Shown here in pieces: positions 7,999 through 15,675 of a stretch of DNA of 28,244 nucleotides (position 1 is the first letter of the stretch; each line of letters opens with the position of its first letter). The stretch covers positions 1 through 28,244 of IMG/VR virus record IMGVR_UViG_3300036798_000053, one strand, 5' to 3'. Both the position numbers and the translations under genes were made by a program. This DNA comes from a virus. Taxonomy: Duplodnaviria > Caudoviricetes. Below the pieces are notes generated by a model, which was not told where the DNA came from, did not search any database, and saw only the letters and a list, made by a program, of their open reading frames with translations.

Positions 7999-8435
7999 TC
8001 GATCTTGCTGATGTCAGGGTTGTTAGGGTGCGGCCCTGCCAGCTTTCCTCTACGCACTACCTTGGCTGGTGCGAGAGAGACATGGTAAGGACTAATCACT
8101 CTCCCGCTGGGGAACTTACGGCTGGGGGCGGTCTTGTAAGGGGCAGTCAATCCTTCAGGCTGAACTTCGTACAGGTTTCGTCCGTACTGCTCTGTAGATT
8201 CTGGACTGTGCGACATCCATACGAACTGGTCATGTCCTCTTTCGGCAAAATCATCTGACCAGCGAGTCGAGTGTACCTTATATGAAACTTTTGATTCTCG
8301 GGAATGCACTGATGGAGGGACCATAGAGCCAGGCTTGATCATGTCCCCGACATTGAACTCCTGATCGCTGGCATGGTAAAGCTTGAACTGCTCACCTAGA
8401 GAGTTACTAGCGGTCATTGGGATCTTACTAGGCAT
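7986..8435 (-). CDS. Arr-like ADP-ribosyltransferase-fold protein with N-terminal SLGEQF
   Basis: LYHASDQEFNVGDMIKPG, VWMS, LYEVQPEG, KFP and SLAPAKVV parallel Arr motifs (FYHGT..L.VGD.L, IY.VEP.G, KKFP, S..PL.IV). Confidence 0.75.
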   Translation of the reverse strand: MPSKIPMTASNSLGEQFKLYHASDQEFNVGDMIKPGSMVPPSVHSRESKVSYKVHSTRWSDDFAERGHDQFVWMSHSPESTEQYGRNLYEVQPEGLTAPYKTAPSRKFPSGRVISPYHVSLAPAKVVRRGKLAGPHPNNPDISKIEWDE

Positions 8436-8437
8436 GA

Positions 8438-8839
8438 CTACCTATCATTAGGGTGAATCCACCCTTGGAGGAGGTTGGTCATCGTTCCTGTCTCCGCTAC
8501 CTCGTTCTTGAACGCAGGGTGGGAGCGCAAGTGCTTGACCAGTGACTCGGTGTCTGCCTGTGCCGTGATGAAGTGCTTGATCTCATGGTCGTAGTTCCAG
8601 ATAACGATCTTGATCTGATCCCGCATCTCGTTGTAGATAGGAGACTTGGGCAGCATGTCCATAAGCTTGATCAGTTCTTCCCTGACCCGGTCAGCGTGCA
8701 TGGCGGCATGCTTATGGTTGAACGCAGAGGAGTCAGCGATGTGGATGACCGTGGTAAAGGCGTCCTGCTTAGTGGGCGATGGCCCAGCGTCAGAGAACTC
8801 GTCGTACGTCAGCTTGGAGGCTGCCTCGTTACCTGCCAT
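8438..8839 (-). CDS. Helical hypothetical protein
   Basis: TAATG coupling; GAGG RBS. Confidence 0.75.
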   Translation of the reverse strand: MAGNEAASKLTYDEFSDAGPSPTKQDAFTTVIHIADSSAFNHKHAAMHADRVREELIKLMDMLPKSPIYNEMRDQIKIVIWNYDHEIKHFITAQADTESLVKHLRSHPAFKNEVAETGTMTNLLQGWIHPNDR

Positions 8840-9303
8840 TAGCGTCTGCCTCTCTGTGCCCTGGTAACACCACCCAGTGTCTTGCTCGCACTCTTGCCAC
8901 TGCCACCGAAGGCCTTGAGGATCTTGCCGACCTGCTTCATGGTCTGGTTGCTCTTTGGCTTGGCCGCAGCCTTTGGCGTGGCTCTGGGCTTGGGTGTGCC
9001 ACCGCCACCAGGATTCATGTTGTCCTTACGGGCTATGGCCTCGTCCTTGCGCCCCTGCCAGTAGTCGTCAGAAGAGGGGGTGCCAACTTGCTTCTCATAC
9101 TTCGGATTGGGCGGGATTGGTGGCATATGCTCTCTCTGCACAGCAGATGAGTGCGCATCAGAGAGCTGACGAAGAGATGTGCGCAAGTCATCAGGCGTTG
9201 CTTCACCAGGGGTCCCACTGATTTCCTCCTCTGAGTAGCCAAGGCTTTTCAGTACAGAGGAAGACTCAGGGTCTGAGGCAAACGCATCGTTACGACTGCC
9301 CAT
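8839..9303 (-). CDS. Hypothetical protein, acidic N-terminus and Lys/Gly-rich basic C-terminus
   Basis: AGGAG RBS; TAATG overlaps at both ends. Confidence 0.75.
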   Translation of the reverse strand: MGSRNDAFASDPESSSVLKSLGYSEEEISGTPGEATPDDLRTSLRQLSDAHSSAVQREHMPPIPPNPKYEKQVGTPSSDDYWQGRKDEAIARKDNMNPGGGGTPKPRATPKAAAKPKSNQTMKQVGKILKAFGGSGKSASKTLGGVTRAQRGRR

Positions 9304-9887
9304 TACTTTCTCCTATCAGTGAACAGCTGACCCTGCCTGGTATCTGCCTGGGCCGCTGCTACGTGTTGCTTTCGTTGTTCATGCATTATATCAGCTTCGT
9401 TCTCATGCTCCTGCAGGAGCGGCTCCCACGTGCGATTAGGCCTCTCATCGGGAGAGGGATACTTAACAACATCCTGGGGCTTTGGATTCTCTGTGACAGG
9501 AACGAACATGTGGCCCTGTTCCTGAGCAACAATGGCTCGGTGATGTCCATTCCAAAGTCGTGGTTCTATGGCACCATTTACAATACGGTGTCCAACGTGC
9601 AATGGCTCTTGGAGTCCACGGCTGGCAACATCTTGGGTAAGAGCATCCCAGTTAAAGGGGTGACCACGTTGTGGGTCATACATAGGATGGTCCCTAGTCA
9701 TCTGGCCCACGTTTAGATTCCGATGCTCAGGGCCTACACCAAGTGTTGTGAAGTCTCTGAGTTGAGAGGGAGAGTAGAGATCCTCAGAGACATCATTTGC
9801 TTTCATTCCCTTCAACTGTGTAATGGGCATAAACTGTTGACCTAGTGTGGGTATTTTCCCCTCAGGCCTCTGCACGGTACACCGCAT
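9303..9887 (-). CDS. ParB/sulfiredoxin-fold protein with N-terminal LGQQF
   Basis: LTQDVASRGLQEPLHV...LWNGHHRAIVAQEQGHMFVPV fits the ParB-N G..EP..V / GHHR / G...VPV signature. Start uncertain. Confidence 0.85.
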   Translation of the reverse strand: MRCTVQRPEGKIPTLGQQFMPITQLKGMKANDVSEDLYSPSQLRDFTTLGVGPEHRNLNVGQMTRDHPMYDPQRGHPFNWDALTQDVASRGLQEPLHVGHRIVNGAIEPRLWNGHHRAIVAQEQGHMFVPVTENPKPQDVVKYPSPDERPNRTWEPLLQEHENEADIMHEQRKQHVAAAQADTRQGQLFTDRRK

Positions 9888-10062
9888 CCGAGGGGGTCGT
9901 GGGCATGCCGTGGCGCAGCCTCGTTGTGTTGTCTACCGGGAGGCGGCGCTTGTTGTTGTGCTGGTCTTCCCAACGCTTTACTTGGCTCTCGTTCAGCTCA
10001 GCCCGGATCTGATCCAGCTTGTCGTTAAGTGCGTCCTGGGAAGGGGTACTAGGAATCTGCAT
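9862..10062 (-). CDS. Small hypothetical protein
   Basis: GGAGGAG RBS. Confidence 0.65.
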   Translation of the reverse strand: MQIPSTPSQDALNDKLDQIRAELNESQVKRWEDQHNNKRRLPVDNTTRLRHGMPTTPSDAVYRAEA

Positions 10063-10186
10063 GCTTCTCCTCCAGTGCGTTGAGCTGACGTTCGTGCTTG
10101 TTCAGCTGCCTTTGCTGAAACACGGTCCACACTGCCGCTCCTGCAGCCACACAGGAGCTAACAGCGACTAACCAGGTAGCAAGCAT
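10049..10186 (-). CDS. Small membrane protein (45 aa, not in ORF track) directly after the holin
   Basis: MLATWLVAVSSCVAAGAAVWTVFQQRQLNKHERQLNALEEKHADS: TM segment plus short coiled coil. Confidence 0.65.
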   Translation of the reverse strand: MLATWLVAVSSCVAAGAAVWTVFQQRQLNKHERQLNALEEKHADS

Positions 10187-10187
10187 G

Positions 10188-10421
10188 TTACGGAGTCTTG
10201 ACTGCGGCTGCCTTCGTCTGAGCCGTCACACCAGTGCTGTGCAGAACGACAGCAATGGCACCAGCAGCAGCCGACCAGGCAGCTGTCTCAACGCTATGGA
10301 CGTTGGGCACGCCACCAGAGGCAGCCAGTGAACCCAGGAAACCAGTAGCGAAGGTCGCAGTGACGGCCTCACCGAGGTTAACAAAGAACTTCTTCGTCCA
10401 GAGGACTGTGGGGGTAAGCAT
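10188..10421 (-). CDS. Holin (r1t-like)
   Basis: WTKKFFVNLGEAVTATFA resembles the r1t-holin N-terminus (T..FW...ERA..TFA); two TM segments; TAAGGAG RBS. Confidence 0.75.
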   Translation of the reverse strand: MLTPTVLWTKKFFVNLGEAVTATFATGFLGSLAASGGVPNVHSVETAAWSAAAGAIAVVLHSTGVTAQTKAAAVKTP

Positions 10422-10432
10422 GGTTTAACTCC

Positions 10433-10804
10433 TTATTTGGAAGTGACTGGGACCGGCACACCATCAGGCCAGCCATCGATGATACCGGACTGGAACTGAC
10501 CATTGTCCTCGTTGAGAGGGAAGGCGCCCACGTGACCGGCCACCATAGGCTCGGGCATGCCAGGCCGTGGGAAGATCGCACCCACATCAGTGATATTGAT
10601 GGCAGGGACCACCGGCTCGCCATTCCAGGTCGTCTTGACCGTAGGCATGAGGTAGTCAGAGCGCTGCTGCACGTGTGCTCCACGGCCCTGAGGCATAGAA
10701 GTCACGATCTTGTACGTGGCACCGATGCTCTCCTGCTGGCTGATGGGAGGACCACCGGCACCATAAGCGTCGGCCTCGCCTTCTCCAAACTCGTTAGCGG
10801 GCAT
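10433..10804 (-). CDS. Pro/Gly-rich hypothetical protein
   Basis: Start trimmed to ATG 10804 (MPANEFGE) with GAGG upstream, avoiding a long overlap. Confidence 0.7.
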   Translation of the reverse strand: MPANEFGEGEADAYGAGGPPISQQESIGATYKIVTSMPQGRGAHVQQRSDYLMPTVKTTWNGEPVVPAINITDVGAIFPRPGMPEPMVAGHVGAFPLNEDNGQFQSGIIDGWPDGVPVPVTSK

Positions 10805-11090
10805 AGGGGACCTCACTTCCTTCAGGCACAGGGTCCAGGTACGAGGGACCTTGCGGTTGGAACTTGTACGCCCGGTTCCAAACAATGCCGCCACGTGCTT
10901 GTGTCGGCTGTGCTTCCACATTGTACGCAGGGACAGAGCTACAAATCTTGTGCCCGCCGCAACAGACCCACTCGTCCAGCTGGTAGCTGTGTGGGTGGGT
11001 CAGGTCGTCCACGATGGCCTGCTGGTTGGCGTCCAGCTTCTGATCCAGATCCTTGTCGTACTTGGTGCCGACACGCTGAGCCTTACGCAT
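10794..11090 (-). CDS. Hypothetical protein
   Basis: GGAGG RBS; TAATG coupling. Confidence 0.7.
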   Translation of the reverse strand: MRKAQRVGTKYDKDLDQKLDANQQAIVDDLTHPHSYQLDEWVCCGGHKICSSVPAYNVEAQPTQARGGIVWNRAYKFQPQGPSYLDPVPEGSEVPYAR

Positions 11091-11386
11091 TAGAGAGCCT
11101 CCGTTTGACCTTCTTGGAAGGGAGCCAGTTCTCCACTCAGGTGAGTGGACCGGCGCCCGCCCTTGCCCGCCGTTACTTCGTACGCATGACCGTCAGTACC
11201 CTCGCCTGCATGGGTAACAGAAGGGAAGATAGCAGTTACCGTGCCGCTACGGTAACGACCCTTGGCCTTCACGGTGTCACCGACACCGTAGCTGGGAGGC
11301 TTAACCGTTGTTGAATAGATATTGGACGCTTCACCAACACGCCTACGCTGCGCATGCCCTAAGCGGCGGGTATCAGGACCTGACAT
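11090..11386 (-). CDS. Small SH3/Tudor-like beta-barrel protein
   Basis: YGVGDTVKAKGRYRSGTVTAI...AYEV...HLSGELAP; start trimmed to ATG 11386 with GAGGAG RBS. Confidence 0.6.
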   Translation of the reverse strand: MSGPDTRRLGHAQRRRVGEASNIYSTTVKPPSYGVGDTVKAKGRYRSGTVTAIFPSVTHAGEGTDGHAYEVTAGKGGRRSTHLSGELAPFQEGQTEAL

Positions 11387-11600
11387 GGATCTTTTACTCC
11401 TCTCCTGCGGTTGCAAGAGTTATGGGCTGCTCTTACGTTGTCAAACGTATCAGATCCACCCTTAGATACGGGAATCACATGGTCAACTGTGAACCCCATA
11501 GCCAGGCGTCCTGATATTTCAAGATCAATCTTCTCATTGCAGAGCCAACAAACTCCGTCATCCCGGGCTTGCTTAGACCGCAGTCAGTACAGGTCTTCAT
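11359..11600 (-). pseudogene. HNH endonuclease remnant, internally deleted and out of frame
   Basis: ATG 11600 gives MKTCTDCGLSKP; the -1 frame from 11568 gives ARDDGVCWLC...TVDHVIPVSKGGSDTFDNVRAAHNSCNRRRG to TAG 11359. That frame has a stop just upstream and no standard start. Confidence 0.8.
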
Positions 11601-11914
11601 GCTAGGTAACAATGTAACACAACTGCTGTGACATCACGCCCATTGTTCCCGGTAACAATCGTGTTCCCCGGCCTGAGGATCAGGTCTTCACCCTCCCCGG
11701 CCAGCTGCTGGCGGGCATGGATGGCACCCTTAAGGGCCTGGTTGACGGCCCCGGCACCTATGGCACGCAGGGTAATACGGGAGTGCTCATGGATGGAAGA
11801 GGTAACGGCCCCAGAGATGCCCTGTACGTTAGACGAGGGCCTGACGAAGATTACAGGGGGTACCGCTGCTGTTCCGCTAAGACTCCCCGGCTGAGGGGGC
11901 GACGTGGTCGTCAT
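11597..11914 (-). CDS. spoVS: SpoVS-family (Alba-like) protein
   Basis: V..SSNVQGISGAV...LRAIGAGAVNQALKG...AR...GEDLILRP is the SpoVS signature. Confidence 0.9.
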   Translation of the reverse strand: MTTTSPPQPGSLSGTAAVPPVIFVRPSSNVQGISGAVTSSIHEHSRITLRAIGAGAVNQALKGAIHARQQLAGEGEDLILRPGNTIVTGNNGRDVTAVVLHCYLA

Positions 11915-12287
11915 GATCGCCCAGTTTTACATGCTTCTTAAGCCGCTCCACGTCATATCCAATCAGGGCGTACTTAAACAGGGTAAAAAACATCTTAGGA
12001 GTTAGAACAACGATCCAAGGTTTTCTATCCATTCGGAGGAAGAGGGCAGCAAAAGGTACCCCACGATTCTTTCGCTGGATTTCTGTGGCTGGAAGTTTTT
12101 GATCAAGGACTGTAGAGACTCCAGTCTTACGTCCTGCGACTTGGAGACATAGAAGAGGTACTCCGTCGATGTCTCCGACATCGTCCAGACGACCAGCGCC
12201 CAGCGCTCTTCGGGCTTTCGTAAAGCCCTCTTCATTGAACATAGCAGCGACTTCACGTTCCCTCACCGGCCCCTTCCAATGCGTCAT
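11877..12287 (-). CDS. Hjc-like Holliday junction resolvase (PD-(D/E)xK), atypical catalytic motif
   Basis: KGPVREREVA...ARRA...DDVGDIDGVP..CLQVA; start trimmed to ATG 12287. Confidence 0.75.
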   Translation of the reverse strand: MTHWKGPVREREVAAMFNEEGFTKARRALGAGRLDDVGDIDGVPLLCLQVAGRKTGVSTVLDQKLPATEIQRKNRGVPFAALFLRMDRKPWIVVLTPKMFFTLFKYALIGYDVERLKKHVKLGDHDDHVAPSAGES

Positions 12288-12576
12288 GTTGTTCACCCCC
12301 ATTTCGGGCATTAGGACGCTCCTTATAGGGCCGCTGTCGCTTGACTCCACGGCGCTTCATCTCCCGCTCAGCGTGCTTGTGCATGCGCTCGGGCTTACCG
12401 TGCATGTACTCCAGGTGGCGCTGGCGCCAGGCCTCTGTGCACCGCTCACACCTACAGCGGAGGTTCCCGTACCCATTTGTGGTCCCATGGCGGGGGTCCT
12501 CAGGGTTATTCAGGAACTTCTCTCGGGCTGCCAGGGCCTTTGGCCCCAGTACCCTCTTCGATCTACTTGACATCAA
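12253..12576 (-). CDS. Basic Zn-finger-like putative DNA-binding protein
   Basis: RHGTTNGYGNLRCRCERC motif; AGGAGG RBS. Confidence 0.7.
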   Translation of the reverse strand: MMSSRSKRVLGPKALAAREKFLNNPEDPRHGTTNGYGNLRCRCERCTEAWRQRHLEYMHGKPERMHKHAEREMKRRGVKRQRPYKERPNARNGGEQHDALEGAGEGT

Positions 12577-13480
12577 GATTCCTCCTACTTACTGGAGCGT
12601 AGCACGTTTTCCTGTACGGACATTGGGCACACGTCCGGTGGCTCTTTTCAGCCCACTCAGGACGCTTGGGTACCCTACCTGAGGAGACATCCCGATTGAT
12701 GGCCAGGCACTCCTCAAGGATCTCCTCTATGAAGGTCGGCTCGTATTTGACCACGAACTCCTTGGGGGCAGCGGAAACGAACTTTGGTTCATAGATAAAC
12801 TTGATTTCTTCCCGCTCCAGGAAGTGGCAGTACAACATCCCCTGCTTTCGGTGAGATGGGAAGGGATGCTTGATGTTCCTCCACAAGGTGTCCCAGTCCT
12901 GGCCATACTTCTCGGACAGATGTGGAGCCTCCCACCGGATGGTGCCCGTGCCGATGGTCTTGATCTCAATGAGGCCGTCCGTGGTGGTATCGGCGTCGGC
13001 CCTGCCCACCACGTTGTACTCCCTGGAGCGGAAGGGGACCTCCCTGTACTTGAGGAAGCGCCGGGGCCTGCCACAGCGGGGGCACTCCAGTGGACTCAGG
13101 TCATCCCACAGCATTTCGCACGCCATGCAGAAAAACGAACCCTTGAGGATGCCCATGCCCCACCACTTCTGCTGCCACCAGTCATGGGTCTCGTTGCCGT
13201 GGTTAAATATGACCTCCATGACGATGGAGGTAGGCGTAGGCTCAGCAGGGACATCAGTCAATCGGTAATGGATGGCACGCTGACACTTCTCAGTGTGCGA
13301 CATCTCCGCTGGGTAGATGCCCGTGCGGTGCTTGCCTGTGTCTCCTACCTGCTGCACGTAGCGTGCAGTCCTGGTGACCAGCTTGTCATCCCTGAATGTC
13401 TCGCCTACTGTCTTTGCAAGGCTATGCATTGTCATGCAACCATTCTTTACGATGATGGGTCCAGTTAGATAGTGGGTCAA
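12563..13480 (-). CDS. Cas4-like (RecB-family) exonuclease
   Basis: N-terminal CQR, G...H, GRAD...LIEIKT, Q..LY, C-terminal CAQCPYRKTC (Fe-S) and inserted CxxC..CxxC. True start may be near 13436. Confidence 0.88.
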   Translation of the reverse strand: MTHYLTGPIIVKNGCMTMHSLAKTVGETFRDDKLVTRTARYVQQVGDTGKHRTGIYPAEMSHTEKCQRAIHYRLTDVPAEPTPTSIVMEVIFNHGNETHDWWQQKWWGMGILKGSFFCMACEMLWDDLSPLECPRCGRPRRFLKYREVPFRSREYNVVGRADADTTTDGLIEIKTIGTGTIRWEAPHLSEKYGQDWDTLWRNIKHPFPSHRKQGMLYCHFLEREEIKFIYEPKFVSAAPKEFVVKYEPTFIEEILEECLAINRDVSSGRVPKRPEWAEKSHRTCAQCPYRKTCYAPVSRRNLDVK

Positions 13481-13818
13481 TGTTTGTCACGTCTGGCTAC
13501 CGTTACCTGTCCTGGAAATCGTACATCTTCAAGAGAGTAAATAGTTCGGTCCCTAAGTTTGTTCCTAGCTCGTACAATCTTACGCCGGTCTCTTTCAGAA
13601 GTTCCCCCCCAGACTCCGTAACTCTCTCCATTGTCGATTGCGTATCGGAGGCAGTCTGATCTAAACGGACAAGGCCGTTCTCCATCCATTCCATTACAGA
13701 TGTTCTTAGCACGTAATACCTCCGGTGATGATGCCTTGTAAAACTCGTCGGTTCGTCCAATACACTTCCGTTGCTCATTCATAAGCCAGAGCGGGGTCTT
13801 AGTCCAGACTCTCGGCAC
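13477..13818 (-). CDS. whiB: WhiB-family transcription factor
   Basis: Four Cys (C, AKNIC, CP...C), YA, and GVWGGTSERDR. Confidence 0.95.
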   Translation of the reverse strand: MPRVWTKTPLWLMNEQRKCIGRTDEFYKASSPEVLRAKNICNGMDGERPCPFRSDCLRYAIDNGESYGVWGGTSERDRRKIVRARNKLRDRTIYSLEDVRFPGQVTVARRDKH

Positions 13819-14104
13819 GGTGGTCGTCCTCAGGGATTAGAACCAGCCGCTGGTTTCCTAGCTCGATATGCAAGACAGGAGACTTGTCCTGGATAGCCGC
13901 ATGATAGCGCAGCTGCTTCCAGTCATCTTCCTTGATTGTGATTTGGCGGTTCCCCCTAAGAACCGTCTTGCATTCGATGAGTGAATCGTCTGTGTGCATG
14001 TCCTGGGGCTTGGCTCCAGAACCAGAGCCAGCATGTTGCTTGGCTCCGTAGCGCTTAGCTACGCCCTTCTCCTGTGCCCTGGAGACTCGTCTACGAGGGT
14101 CCAT
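13799..14104 (-). CDS. Holliday junction resolvase-like PD-(D/E)xK nuclease
   Basis: QEKGVAK...GSGSG...D...LIECKT. Confidence 0.8.
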   Translation of the reverse strand: MDPRRRVSRAQEKGVAKRYGAKQHAGSGSGAKPQDMHTDDSLIECKTVLRGNRQITIKEDDWKQLRYHAAIQDKSPVLHIELGNQRLVLIPEDDHRAESLD

Positions 14105-15128
14105 CAGCTACCTTTGCGAGCACTGCCTCACGAATCTGTTGCTGCAGCTTCTCGTCGTTCTTGATCTCTTCCTCCATAGAAGGGCGACCACTCTTCCACT
14201 CCTTGTCACCGAAGGTGTACTTCATGCGGCCTGTCTTTTCAATGACCTCATACGCAATAGCAGCACTGATGGAGTCCTTAACCAGATCGTACTGTCCTGC
14301 ATCGAATCCATTGCCCTTGGCAAAGTACGCATCCACCATGCCGACCCGACCAGGAGGGGCCAGCTTGTTCTTCACATTGGTCATCTTGATGGTCTGGCCG
14401 ATGTGGTCGTCCCTGGTGTTGTTAATCCAATCCTCACGCCGTACCTCCACCCGTTGGAAGTAGAAGAAGTTCTTACCCTTGCCACCAGGAGTGGTGCGGG
14501 GGTCACCGTAGGTGGTGATCTTGTCCCGGTACTGGTTGATAACGATGCCCGTAAGGTCACGGCCTGTGCCTGTAAGCGGCGCCTTCATGTCCTGGTTGGA
14601 CTTGCGGAGGAACTTACCGGTGATGCGGGCACCGAGACCGACCTGACTATCCTCCATCGATCCTTTGTTCTCTTCCTTGGGGACAAGGGCCGGGTAGGAG
14701 TCGATGACAAGGAAGTCGACTTCGTGTGTGGCTATGAAGTCGATAGCCAACGTATAGACATACTCCATGACGTTCTCTTCGATAACCACTACCCGAGACA
14801 GGTCCACGCCCATCATCTGAGCATAGGGTTCATGGAAGTCCTCACTGGCGAACCACACGGTGGTGAACTTAGGATCAAGAGCCTGATTAGCGGCAATGGT
14901 CTTAAGCACGACCATGGTCTTGCCCGCTGACTCTAGGCCAAGGATCTCATTCCAGTGGTTAACTGCCCAACCCCCGCCCATAGCAGCATCAAAGCTAAGC
15001 GAGCCTGTAGTAACCGTTTCAGCATTGGGAACCATCTCTGATCCAAGCATCACAGCGTGCTCACCATATTCTTTTCTTATCTTGGCCATGACGGCTTTAA
15101 CAGATGGGTCGACTCCTACAGAGGGCAT
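14091..15128 (-). CDS. recA: RecA-like recombinase
   Basis: TTGSLSFDAAMGGG, GLESAGKT, LVIDS, INQYR.KI, TTPGG, KNK.APP; start trimmed to ATG 15128 with TAAGGA RBS. Confidence 0.95.
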   Translation of the reverse strand: MPSVGVDPSVKAVMAKIRKEYGEHAVMLGSEMVPNAETVTTGSLSFDAAMGGGWAVNHWNEILGLESAGKTMVVLKTIAANQALDPKFTTVWFASEDFHEPYAQMMGVDLSRVVVIEENVMEYVYTLAIDFIATHEVDFLVIDSYPALVPKEENKGSMEDSQVGLGARITGKFLRKSNQDMKAPLTGTGRDLTGIVINQYRDKITTYGDPRTTPGGKGKNFFYFQRVEVRREDWINNTRDDHIGQTIKMTNVKNKLAPPGRVGMVDAYFAKGNGFDAGQYDLVKDSISAAIAYEVIEKTGRMKYTFGDKEWKSGRPSMEEEIKNDEKLQQQIREAVLAKVADGPS

Positions 15129-15138
15129 TAGTTCCTTA

Positions 15139-15675
15139 TCAAGCGTTAGACAGGCGGGCAATAGATCCCAGTGGTGCAGAGGGTGCAGCACCTTGACGAG
15201 CGGCCATGGCCGGATCGCTAGTGGAGGCTGTTCCGGCAATGATTCCTTGGTTTCTAGGATAGCCGCACTCAAAGCACTCAGGAGCAGGTGAAGCAGCCGT
15301 GCCACTATTCGTATTGATCACGGTACCGCTAGAACGTGAGAAGAAGTTGGTGGACCCACAGCTGGGACAGTTACCGATCCTTGCAGTCTCTGCGGCGCCT
15401 TCCTTACCCTGCCATTGCCAAATGGGGAGCACTTCAGCTACCCGTGTCGGGTCGGTGGTGTTCTGTTGCCACTGGGACCCTTGCAGGGGGGCAGCAGGAG
15501 GCGGCGCTTGCGGTGCCTGATACTGACCGGGCATGCGACTGGCGTAGTCGTTGACCGCCCGCTGTCTGGACTGGTCCGTGTTGCCCATGCCACGTGGCAG
15601 ATAGTTCGGGTTAATAACCGGTTGTGGTGGAGGGGGCGCAGTCGTCCCCAGTTTGTTGCCCCAGAAAGAACTCAT
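15139..15675 (-). CDS. Pro-rich protein with C4 zinc ribbon
   Basis: CPSCGSTNFF...CFECGYP; ATGA overlap with the polA stop. Confidence 0.8.
   Translation of the reverse strand: MSSFWGNKLGTTAPPPPQPVINPNYLPRGMGNTDQSRQRAVNDYASRMPGQYQAPQAPPPAAPLQGSQWQQNTTDPTRVAEVLPIWQWQGKEGAAETARIGNCPSCGSTNFFSRSSGTVINTNSGTAASPAPECFECGYPRNQGIIAGTASTSDPAMAARQGAAPSAPLGSIARLSNA

Noticed and set aside
6200-8398. 14-nt exact DNA repeat GAACTGCTCACCTA (6200-6213 and 8385-8398) as an operator or RBS
   Set aside because: It coincides with the LGEQF codons, and other motif copies use different codons, which favours selection at the protein level. Shared ancestry of these two tags remains possible.
7986-8435. Rifampin resistance gene (arr)
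   Set aside because: Only fold-level motif similarity; the conserved Arr IYFT strand is VWMS here, so the substrate cannot be assigned.
11560-11575. Canonical programmed -1 frameshift joining the two HNH frames
   Set aside because: No in-frame X XXY YYZ heptamer, and the joined product would lack the usual region between CxxC and the HNH core.
12563-13480. CRISPR-Cas system suggested by the Cas4-like gene
   Set aside because: No repeat-spacer array or other cas genes are seen; solo Cas4-like nucleases are common in phage recombination modules.
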